DNA of 64,000 nucleotides from the sequence record NC_019406.1; one strand, given 5' to 3'. The translations under genes and the position numbers were made by a program. Shown piece by piece: positions 43,635-51,015 of the stretch (its first letter is position 1; each line of letters starts with the position of its first letter). The notes beneath the pieces were generated by a model, which made no database searches, was not told where the DNA came from, and saw only the letters and a program-made list of their open reading frames with translations.

Positions 43635-44141
43635 ATGTTCTCGATCCTCCTCCACATGCTCATCTCGCCAGCGACCCTCTGGGGCGTCGGCGGCGTAGCG
43701 CTGATCGCGGTGGCTCTCTACTTCACCGCAGGCCCGGTCTTCCTGTGGAAGCTCGCTTCGGATATCCGCACGTGGTTTGCGATCGCGGCCGTGTTGGCGG
43801 TCCTGGCTTTCGCTCATAGCGAAAAGCAGAACAGTGATCTGAAGGCGCAGATCGCCCAGGCTGCTGAACAGAAGACCGCCGACAAGGACGCCCAGAAGAC
43901 CTCCGACCTGCGTGTCAAGCAGAAGACGGCTCGGGCATCGCAGACCCAGCGTTACCAAGCCGTCATCACCAACGCCACCCCCGGAACTGAAGTGGACACC
44001 CTTCTCGATGCAATCGCCGCTGATCAAGCCCACGCCCCTGTCGTCCGCGCTTCGCCGCCTGTCCAAGGCCCTGTTTCTGATCCCGCTCCTGGTGGTGGTC
44101 ACGGGCTGCTCAAGCGTCCCGACGTCACTGTTGTCCCCTGA
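43635..44141 (+). CDS. i-spanin (Rz-like)
   Basis: N-terminal TM segments, coiled-coil, Pro-rich tail. Confidence 0.7.
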   Translation: MFSILLHMLISPATLWGVGGVALIAVALYFTAGPVFLWKLASDIRTWFAIAAVLAVLAFAHSEKQNSDLKAQIAQAAEQKTADKDAQKTSDLRVKQKTARASQTQRYQAVITNATPGTEVDTLLDAIAADQAHAPVVRASPPVQGPVSDPAPGGGHGLLKRPDVTVVP

Positions 44142-44388
44142 CAGCCTCTACCCGGATTCGATCACGTCCTGCGCGCCTGAACCGGAAGTGCCAGCGCGCC
44201 CGGCGCCCAACGTCGCACGACCGGAGTCGGTGAAGGCGACCTACCTCAATGGCGTGCGCTGGGCCGGCGCGGACTGCCGCGACACGGTCGCCGCCACGGC
44301 CCAGCGCAAGATCGACTACAAGAAGCAGTACGACGCCGCCACGGCGCCGGCCTGGAAGAAGCTCTTCAAGTTCGGCAAGAAGGAATAG
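44008..44388 (+). CDS. o-spanin lipoprotein (Rz1-like), overlapping
   Basis: Hydrophobic signal ending in lipobox VTG-C; Pro-rich; overlaps i-spanin in another frame. Confidence 0.75.
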   Translation: MQSPLIKPTPLSSALRRLSKALFLIPLLVVVTGCSSVPTSLLSPDSLYPDSITSCAPEPEVPARPAPNVARPESVKATYLNGVRWAGADCRDTVAATAQRKIDYKKQYDAATAPAWKKLFKFGKKE

Positions 44389-44392
44389 CGCC

Positions 44393-44551
44393 ATGCGTGA
44401 AGGTTATCGCGAAATCGACACTGGCTGGATCGGTGACGGCGGTTCGGCCGGCGTCTCGCCCGGAGGTGGCGCGATGGAAGGGGACGGAGGCACGGGCTGC
44501 ATCGGGGATGGGGGCGGCGGCTGCGTCGACTTCGGAGACGGAGGCACCTAG
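44393..44551 (+). CDS. 52-aa Gly/Asp-rich peptide with GDGG repeats
   Basis: ATG after AAGGAA; MREGYREIDTGWIGDGG... Confidence 0.45.
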   Translation: MREGYREIDTGWIGDGGSAGVSPGGGAMEGDGGTGCIGDGGGGCVDFGDGGT

Positions 44552-44590
44552 ATTTAGTCCCCAAACTGAGTCGACTCCACGACGGTTTTC

Positions 44591-44619
44591 TTGACAGATC
44601 GCCGTTCGTTAATCATAAT
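44591..44619 (+). promoter_or_regulatory. strong sigma70-like promoter
   Basis: TTGACA-17 nt-CATAAT. Confidence 0.8.
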
Positions 44620-44630
44620 GCGCGTCTCTT

Positions 44631-44666
44631 GAAAAGCTCGCCTCTAATCGGGGCGGGCTTTCTTTT
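44631..44666 (+). terminator. terminator hairpin just downstream of promoter
   Basis: AAAGCTCGCCTC-TAATC-GGGGCGGGCTTT then CTTTT. Confidence 0.7.
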
Positions 44667-44675
44667 GCCTTAGAT

Positions 44676-44990
44676 GGCATGGCCCCGTGGAAACGGGCCA
44701 AAGCGGTAGGCGCCGGCCTGGGAAACCTTGCACGCGCCACACGCTGTTCCGGCTGGAAAGCCGGCTTATAGTAGGAGGGTCGCCTAGCGCCTCTCCACCC
44801 TGGGACGTCACAGCTACGGCTCTGGCGTCGTCATTGTGAGGTGAGAACGCCTTCCTCACGCACGCTGGGACGCCGGCGTAAAGTACGAGGGCAAAAGGGA
44901 CGTCCATGTTGGCGTCCACCCGTCGGAAGAGATGCGGGAGCCCGGTCGACTTGTCGGCCGGCTGAAAACCGAGGACCCCGCCGCAATGAC
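44676..44990 (+). ncRNA. candidate ~315-nt structured ncRNA, family unknown
   Basis: No credible ORF; GAAA/GGAA-capped hairpins; long-range helix 44830-44838/44982-44990; bounded by promoter and terminator. Confidence 0.55.
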
Positions 44991-45028
44991 AAAGGCCCGC
45001 CGGAGTGATCCGGCGGGCCTTCCTTTTA
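44991..45028. terminator. bidirectional intrinsic terminator
   Basis: AAGGCCCGCCGG-AGTGAT-CCGGCGGGCCTT, A-run 5' and T-run 3'. Confidence 0.85.
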
Positions 45029-45046
45029 TCGGCTTCCGGCGTCCGC

Positions 45047-46456
45047 TTAGTCGCGGACACCCTCTGGCAGGAGCGCCTCGCCGATCACGCCGGCGTTCTC
45101 GGCCTCGTGGATGAAGCGCAGGACCGACTCCGAGAAGCCGTCGATGTGCGTCCACTTGCCGTAGCCGATGCCGTTCTTCGCCGAAGCGACGTTGATCACG
45201 TACGAATGCTTGACCTTCGGAGCCGGCATGCTACCGCCGCCCAGCATGTGGTTGACGGTCTTGCCCGAGGCTTGCTCATCGGTGATGATGATCAGGCGAT
45301 CGAACTCGAACTTCGACTGGACGGTGGCGACCGCTTGCACGAGCGCCGTACCGATGTGCGGCTGCGAACGACGGATCGCGTCGACGCCGGCCATGCCCTT
45401 GCGGGCGGGCACTTCCACGATCTTGTTCGAGAAGCTGATCACGCGCAGGTCTTCGGCCGGGATGACCGAGGCTAGGGCGCTAGCCGCGTCGATACGCGTC
45501 AGATCGGACTTGCCCGAGAGCTTCTCGTCCATGGAGCCCGACACGTCCACCATGACCACGGTGCGGCCCGGCAGCTTCGGCATGTCGGCGATCGAGGCGA
45601 TCAGCGCTTCGTCCAGGGCCGGTTCGAACGTCGGCGCCGCACGAGCCGCCGCGATGTAGCGGAACGGCAGGACGCGGTGCGCGCCGCCCTTGCGGGCCTT
45701 GATCGCATCGATCACCAGCTTGCGGTCGACTCCGGCCTGCTCCATGTTGCGCAGGTTGCGCAGCAGGGCGAGGTAGCCGAGCTTTTTGTCTTCCAGCAGA
45801 CGGGTGAACTCCGCCTTCTTGTCGCCGCCGGCCGACAGCGCTACTTCCCAGGTGTCCGGCGACTCCAGCGTCTGATCGACCAGCCCCTTGTACAGGGACT
45901 GACGCTCGTCGTTGGCGGCCTTCGGGTGGCTCAGGAACAGCACGTCGCGCAGACGCACTTCCTTGGCGCGGTCGTACTTGGCGATCTGATACGCGTCGAA
46001 CTTGGCGAACGCCTTGGCGAGGCCGAGCTTCATCTGCTTGGACAGCGGCGCCTTGCGGGCGCCGTCGCGCGGTGGGTTGTACTTCCAGTACAGCGCCACC
46101 AGTTCCGACAGTTCGTCGGCGCGCTGGATCACGCGGGCGATCGTCTCCGAGACGAGGCCGTTGCCCGAGCCGCGCTTGGCCAGGGTGACGAGCAGCAGCA
46201 GGGGGACGTGCCGCAGGTTGGCGACTTCGCGCGCTTCGATGGCGATCTGGGCCAGGGTGTCGACCGGGACCTGCTCAGCGAGCTTGGCGATGCGGGTGCT
46301 GATCTCGACGCCGTCCTCGTAGGCCTCGTTCTCGAACAGCAGGCAGGACATCACCGACCGGCGCAGCGCCTGGACGGCCGTCATGCGGGCTGCGGGAGCG
46401 CCCTCGTGCGTCTTTTCGGTGAAGGTGTTCTTGGTCGAACGGTTGGTCGATGCCAT
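45047..46456 (-). CDS. rsr: Ro60/Rsr ortholog (TROVE + vWA domains)
   Basis: THEG N-terminus, LRRSVMSCLLFE, ALLRNLRN, LPFRY, vWA MIDAS motif DVSGSM, IITDEQ; AGAGGAG RBS. Confidence 0.92.
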   Translation of the reverse strand: MASTNRSTKNTFTEKTHEGAPAARMTAVQALRRSVMSCLLFENEAYEDGVEISTRIAKLAEQVPVDTLAQIAIEAREVANLRHVPLLLLVTLAKRGSGNGLVSETIARVIQRADELSELVALYWKYNPPRDGARKAPLSKQMKLGLAKAFAKFDAYQIAKYDRAKEVRLRDVLFLSHPKAANDERQSLYKGLVDQTLESPDTWEVALSAGGDKKAEFTRLLEDKKLGYLALLRNLRNMEQAGVDRKLVIDAIKARKGGAHRVLPFRYIAAARAAPTFEPALDEALIASIADMPKLPGRTVVMVDVSGSMDEKLSGKSDLTRIDAASALASVIPAEDLRVISFSNKIVEVPARKGMAGVDAIRRSQPHIGTALVQAVATVQSKFEFDRLIIITDEQASGKTVNHMLGGGSMPAPKVKHSYVINVASAKNGIGYGKWTHIDGFSESVLRFIHEAENAGVIGEALLPEGVRD

Positions 46457-46492
46457 GGTCGGGTCGGCTCCTCTACTGCGTCAAAGGGTTGA

Positions 46493-46634
46493 CCGCAAGG
46501 TTGAGGGGGAACAAGTCGTCCACGGGGTGCGTCTACCAATTCCGCCATCCCTTTCCGAAGATTGGGAGCAGGGCTTGAACCTGCATTTCGCTTTACCGAA
46601 GTATCCGTGTACTACGCCACCCTCAACCTTGCGG
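46493..46634 (-). ncRNA. Y RNA (YrlA-like) unit A
   Basis: 15-bp terminal stem; GUGGCGUAG..ACUUCG / GUUCCCC motif; T-arm, closed acceptor (UUCG), Leu-like D-arm. Confidence 0.8.
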
Positions 46635-46645
46635 CTGATGACTTG

Positions 46646-46807
46646 GAGAGGTTGAGGGGGAACTGGCGAGTACGGTTTCTTATTCCGGTGCGTTTGGCCA
46701 CTCCGCCACATGATCCTGTTGGGGATCAAGGTGGGACTCGAACCCACGTGCCCTTTCGGACGCCGGTTCCACGAAGTATCCGCACTCTGCGCCACCCTCA
46801 ACCTCTC
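46646..46807 (-). ncRNA. Y RNA (YrlA-like) unit B with class II variable arm
   Basis: Same motif; V-arm GUCC-GAAA-GGGC, T-arm, closed acceptor, D-arm. Confidence 0.8.
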
Positions 46808-46820
46808 GGTCGTTGGTGTC

Positions 46821-46964
46821 GAGGTAGAGGGGGAACAGGCGGCAACGCGTTTTTAGCGCTCTACCACTGAGCTACCTCGGGCTTTCGGCCCTCGGGTTGG
46901 ACTCGAACCAACGACCTCTCGATTAACAGTCGAAGAACTCGTCGCCTACGCCACCCTCTACCTC
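46821..46964 (-). ncRNA. Y RNA unit C retaining an Asn anticodon arm
   Basis: Same motif; UUCGA-CUGUUAA-UCGAG, T-arm, closed acceptor, UAGCUCAG D-arm. Confidence 0.8.
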
Positions 46965-46967
46965 AAT

Positions 46968-47105
46968 CGGCGTGTAGGTTGACACATGGGGAACTGGCGC
47001 CGTCGGTTTAGGGGGATCGAACCCCGTGGCGCGGATTTGCAGCCGCACCATTTCAACCAGCGAAGTAGCCGAAAGCTACGCCACCATGTGTCAGCCTACA
47101 CGCCG
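46968..47105 (-). ncRNA. Y RNA unit D with non-permuted Cys-like module
   Basis: Same motif; order D-like loop, GCA anticodon arm, T-arm; no acceptor stem. Confidence 0.72.
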
Positions 47106-47110
47106 ACACC

Positions 47111-47301
47111 CCGATCATAAGGCGGTGGGGGAACAAGCGATCCCACACACGTTTAGGCGCTCTAACCGCTGAGCTACACGCCCGTCATCAGTTCAGGCCG
47201 AAGCCTGGACTGGTGGTGGACGCGGCTGGATTCGAACCAGCGACCTCCCGCTCCAGATGCGAAGTAAGTGACATCTACGCCACCCACCGCCTCGTGATCG
47301 G
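47111..47301 (-). ncRNA. Y RNA unit E with internal CCA
   Basis: Same motif; T-arm, CGCGUCC-A-CCA, UUCG hairpin linker, GGGCGUG, D-arm. Confidence 0.8.
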
Positions 47302-47302
47302 T

Positions 47303-47479
47303 GTCGAGTGTGTTTGGGAGGTCCAGGGGATCAAACGAAAAGGCACTTTTTAATGCCGGTTGTTCTACCACTGAACTACATCCGAGTTGCCCCGGATGGC
47401 GGGATTCGAACCCGCGACCCACTGGTTGATGCGAAGAAATCCTCTTCTACGCCACCTGGACCTTCCAAACACACTCGAC
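47303..47479 (-). ncRNA. Y RNA (YrlA-like) unit F
   Basis: Long terminal stem; T-arm GCGGG-UUCGAAU-CCCGC; acceptor closed by GCAA; D-arm. Confidence 0.82.
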
Positions 47480-47508
47480 CTGCCTTTGACGACAGACCGA
47501 CCTGATCA

Positions 47509-47605
47509 GCGGTGGGGGAACGAGCGCCCCCAGGAAGACTAGACCCGAAGGTCCGGTCGCTTGGTTATGGAAAGCGAAGTACCCGAGGACTACGCCACCC
47601 ACCGC
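47509..47605 (-). ncRNA. minimal Y RNA unit G (no tRNA module)
   Basis: Same motif; internal GGACC-UUCG-GGUCU hairpin only. Confidence 0.7.
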
Positions 47606-47615
47606 AAATCTGGTC

Positions 47616-47694
47616 GTCCGGGAATTATCGAGGTCGGAAATGGGCCGAAGCCCGCTCTATGCAAAAGAAGTAACCGATCTCTGTCGCCACGGAC
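47616..47694 (-). ncRNA. minimal Y RNA-like unit H
   Basis: GUCCG/CGGAC stem; GUGGCG..UACUUC / AUUCCC motif variant; GGGC-UUCG-GCCC hairpin. Confidence 0.55.
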
Positions 47695-47699
47695 AGTGA

Positions 47700-47729
47700 C
47701 CTTGTCACATAGGCCGATTCCGATGTCAA
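47700..47729 (-). promoter_or_regulatory. promoter of Y RNA-Ro60 operon
   Basis: TTGACA at 47729-47724; predicted start near 5' end of unit H; GANTC in spacer; weak -10. Confidence 0.5.
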
Positions 47730-47778
47730 CAATGTTGGCAAACTTTTTTCGAGAAATGTGTGCCTGACTGTCAGACAT

Positions 47779-47816
47779 GAAAAAGGCCCGCGACGATCCG
47801 GATCGTCGCGGGCCTT
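47779..47816 (-). terminator. intrinsic terminator after repressor gene
   Basis: AAGGCCCGCGACGATCC/GGATCGTCGCGGGCCTT with minus-strand U-tract. Confidence 0.85.
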
Positions 47817-47837
47817 CCCCTGGTAGGAGATGACGAC

Positions 47838-48566
47838 CTAGAGGTCGCTCACCTTCCCTACCACCTTGCCGAGGAAGTGCAACTCCTCCGGATCGACCTC
47901 GTCGAATTTCTTGCGGTCGGCCGAGTAGACGCGGTACGGGCCGTTGCGATGCGGGCGCGTGATCGAGGCGACCGATGCGATACCGTTCTGGGCGTAGACG
48001 TACTCGGCATGGGAGGAGCCGGGTTCGGAGCCGCGACGCACGACCGCGACGTCGCCGGGCTTCAGGTTGGTGGAGAAGTCGTTGACCGTGTAGAGGGCCA
48101 GGGCCTGGGGCGAGACCTCGAATCTGGAGACGATCCAGTCTTCATCGAAGGTCCAGGGCTTGAGGGCGATCCAGACTTCACCGTCGGCGATGTAGTCGAC
48201 CTCTTCGATCATGCCGGGCATGTCGGTGGATTCTTCGCCGATGCCGAAGGCCAGCCACTGCGGGTCGCACTTCAGGACCGTGGCGAGCAGGACGATCTTG
48301 GACAGGTCGGGAACGACTTCGCCCGACTCGTACATGCAGTACGCCGAGCGGGAGAGCACTTTGTGTTCATGCTGCTTGTTGTTCCAGAAGATGATCTGGC
48401 GGGCGACGTCGAGTTGGCTCAGCCCGAGAGCGTCACGCTTCTCCTTCAGTCGGTCCTTCAGACCTTCGATCATTTCCAGAGGCGTCGGGGAAGAGCCACC
48501 GCGCGCCTTCGCTTGAGTGGGGCGTTCGGTGGTATTGACCGACTCCCGCATCATCGTCTGTTGCAT
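47838..48566 (-). CDS. XRE/CI-like HTH regulator with S24-like C-terminal domain
   Basis: LKEKRDALGLSQ.DVA, YESG...PD, WLAFGIG; beta-rich C-terminus. Confidence 0.8.
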   Translation of the reverse strand: MQQTMMRESVNTTERPTQAKARGGSSPTPLEMIEGLKDRLKEKRDALGLSQLDVARQIIFWNNKQHEHKVLSRSAYCMYESGEVVPDLSKIVLLATVLKCDPQWLAFGIGEESTDMPGMIEEVDYIADGEVWIALKPWTFDEDWIVSRFEVSPQALALYTVNDFSTNLKPGDVAVVRRGSEPGSSHAEYVYAQNGIASVASITRPHRNGPYRVYSADRKKFDEVDPEELHFLGKVVGKVSDL

Positions 48567-48906
48567 GCCTTCGTCCTTGTCGGTGCCCTAGGCGGGCGTA
48601 TTGGTTATCCCCTGCCAGCACGGTTAACACGCCATGTCAGCAGTAGTTGCATGTCGAACTTAGTCTTCGTCTGGCAACAAATCAACTCCAGACGATATAT
48701 AGCGGCCCTCATTTGTTAAGAACACAGCCTATAGTACGTGCGAAAGCACAGGCCGTAGTATAGAGCTAGGCAGTGAAAAACCCTTAGCCGAAAGGCAGTT
48801 GCCGTGAATCACGACAGCCGGACCAGCCTTTCGGCCAGCCCGGCTGTCATGGGATAGATTGTCCCAAGTGTGACGGCTAAGCCACACATAAATAGGTGAA
48901 AATAGT

Positions 48907-49554
48907 TTACGAAATTCCGGTCGAGCCGAAGCCGCCCGTGCCACGCTCGGTCTGGTCAAGCTCCGCAACGACGTCGAAACGGATGCGGACATAGGGCGCG
49001 AAGACGGCCTGGGCAATGCGGTCGCCGCGATTGATGACGAACGGATTGCGGCCGTGGTTGATCAGGATCACCTTGATCTCGCCGCGATAGTCGCTGTCGA
49101 CGGTACCGGGCGAATTCAGGACAGTGATAGACGACTTGGCGGCGAGGCCCGAGCGCGGCCGGACTTGCAGTTCCAGGCCCGCCGGCAGGGCGACCGTGAC
49201 GCCGGTCGGGATGATGCCGACTTCGCCCGCAGCGATAGTAAAGGGTTCATCCTCGGGGATCGCGGCACGCAAGTCCAGGCCGGCGGACCCACGGGTCTCG
49301 TAGGCTGGCAGCGGCAGGCCTTGGGCATGCTCCAGGGCGACGAATGCGACCGGGACGCTGTTGTGCTGATCCTGGACGTAGGCCAGAGCCGCCTCCCAGG
49401 TCAGAACCGTGTTGTCGTCCAGGTACACGGCTTCCTGATCATCCGTCGAGACGGTGGTGCGCCGGCCGAGGGCCTCGAACAGCTTCGCGAGTTCGTAGGC
49501 GCGCTCCGCACGGGCCGCGCGGGTATAGGTGATGATGACGGTCGGGGTCGCCAT
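48907..49554 (-). CDS. dut: dUTPase with N-terminal extension
   Basis: GSAGLDL, RPRSGLA, GTVDSDYRGE, RIAQ, RGTGGFGSTG. Confidence 0.95.
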   Translation of the reverse strand: MATPTVIITYTRAARAERAYELAKLFEALGRRTTVSTDDQEAVYLDDNTVLTWEAALAYVQDQHNSVPVAFVALEHAQGLPLPAYETRGSAGLDLRAAIPEDEPFTIAAGEVGIIPTGVTVALPAGLELQVRPRSGLAAKSSITVLNSPGTVDSDYRGEIKVILINHGRNPFVINRGDRIAQAVFAPYVRIRFDVVAELDQTERGTGGFGSTGIS

Positions 49555-49557
49555 GGG

Positions 49558-50961
49558 TTAGTCCTTCAGGTAGGTGCGGAGATCGGAGGCGCCGCCGATG
49601 AATTCGACTTCAGTGGTGCCGTTGAGGGTGAAGATCATGGGCGACGACTTCCACGTCGCGCCCCACTTCGAGTGGATTTCGGCGAACTTGGCTTGGCGTT
49701 GCTCGGCTTCCGGCAGTTCGATGGCTTCGAAGACGAGGCCCTTGGCCTTCAGCAGCGCCTTGGCGTCGTCGCAGTGCGGGCAGCCGGGCTTGGTATAGAC
49801 CCGGAACTCCGGCTCGATCTGCATGTCGATCGTGACCGAGCCGCCGTGGGGTAGCGGGACGACCGTCTCGATCGGGTGGATCACAGCTTCGGGCACCGCG
49901 CAGACGCCGTCGTCGGAGCAGCCCTCGACCACCTCGGCTGCGAGCATCTTGGCGATCTTGCCGGCGCCGCCCTCGATCAGCAGCGGCCCGCGCTTCAGGA
50001 AGTCGAAGGCGTTCGGCCAGCCAGGGGTTTCGCCCTTGCCGTACTCCGTCGAGCGCTGCTCGAAGAAGTTGGTGTGGGTCGGGGCGTTCATGATCCAGTC
50101 GAGCCAGTCGAACGGATTTGCCTTCACGCCATAGTTAGGCTTCAGCCCGAGTTGCAGCAGGCGGCGGTCCGCGATGTAGCGGATGTATTCCTTGGCCTCG
50201 GCGGCGGTGAAACCTTCGACTTCGCCCAGGTTGGTGCATTGGTCGATGAACGCATCTTCCAGCGTGACCATGGCGCGGCAGGCATCGTAGACACGCTTCT
50301 TGGTTTCGTCGTTCCAGGCGCGCGGGTGTTCCTTGATCAACTCGTGCAGGAGCTTGATCATCGATTCGACGTGCAGCGACTCGTCGCGGATCGACCACTC
50401 GACGATCGTGGTCATGCCCTTCATAAGGCCACGGCGTTGGAAGCTCATCAGCAGCGCGAAGCTGGAGAAGAGTTGCATGCCTTCGCCGAAGGCGCTGAAG
50501 ACGGCGATGTCGACCATCAGGTCGGCGATACCCTTGCCGGATTCGCGCGCGAACATGTACTCATGCTTCTCGCGCATCGCCTGATATTCTTGGAAGGCCT
50601 TGTACTCGACCTCCGGAAGACCCAGGGTTTCGATCAACGTCGAGTAGGCGTCGATATGATTGGCCTCGGCCGCGATGAACTGCCCGATCATCATGCGGAG
50701 TTCAGGCAGCTTGAAGCGCGGGGCGTACTTGTCGAAATAGCCAGAAGCGATGTCGATGTCGGCCTGGGTGAAGAAACGGAAGAGTTGGGTCAGAAGACCC
50801 TTCTCCTTGGGATTGAGCTTCGTGTTCCAGTCCAGGATGTCCTTGTCCATGGGAGCCTCGTGGGGTTCCCAGGACAGGGCGCGCATCAGCTTGTAGGCCT
50901 TGTACGCCCACGGATAAGTGAAGGGCTTGTAGTAGTCGCGAGTCGCGAAAAGGTCGGACAT
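49558..50961 (-). CDS. nrdB: ribonucleotide reductase class Ia beta subunit fused to glutaredoxin
   Basis: EANHIDAY, EG..LFSSF, RDESLH diiron motifs; NFFE; C-terminal YTKPGCPHC. Confidence 0.95.
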   Translation of the reverse strand: MSDLFATRDYYKPFTYPWAYKAYKLMRALSWEPHEAPMDKDILDWNTKLNPKEKGLLTQLFRFFTQADIDIASGYFDKYAPRFKLPELRMMIGQFIAAEANHIDAYSTLIETLGLPEVEYKAFQEYQAMREKHEYMFARESGKGIADLMVDIAVFSAFGEGMQLFSSFALLMSFQRRGLMKGMTTIVEWSIRDESLHVESMIKLLHELIKEHPRAWNDETKKRVYDACRAMVTLEDAFIDQCTNLGEVEGFTAAEAKEYIRYIADRRLLQLGLKPNYGVKANPFDWLDWIMNAPTHTNFFEQRSTEYGKGETPGWPNAFDFLKRGPLLIEGGAGKIAKMLAAEVVEGCSDDGVCAVPEAVIHPIETVVPLPHGGSVTIDMQIEPEFRVYTKPGCPHCDDAKALLKAKGLVFEAIELPEAEQRQAKFAEIHSKWGATWKSSPMIFTLNGTTEVEFIGGASDLRTYLKD

Positions 50962-51015
50962 TAAAGGCGCTCGAAAAAGAGGGGAGATGAAGGCGAGGCG
51001 GATAGGGCCGAAGCC

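Noticed and set aside
44397-44594. 65-aa ORF MKVIAK...
   Set aside because: TTG/GTG-type start without RBS, overlapping the better-supported 44393-44551 frame and the promoter
44676-44990. RNase P RNA, group I intron or tmRNA identity
   Set aside because: CCGGCTTAT and GCTGGAAA resemble RNase P and group I motifs but sit in one local hairpin; no GAGGAAAGTCC, no P7 pair, no tRNA-like ends or tag ORF
46493-47479. Minus-strand tRNA genes or pseudogenes in the array
   Set aside because: Arms are permuted or lack an acceptor, and lie inside Ro60-type stems; called Y RNAs instead
46493-47694. Repeat array as a CRISPR array, with the Cas4-like gene as a cas gene
   Set aside because: Repeats are bipartite motifs enclosing structured tRNA-like interiors of variable length; no cas1/cas2; the Cas4-like gene sits in the replication module 13 kb away
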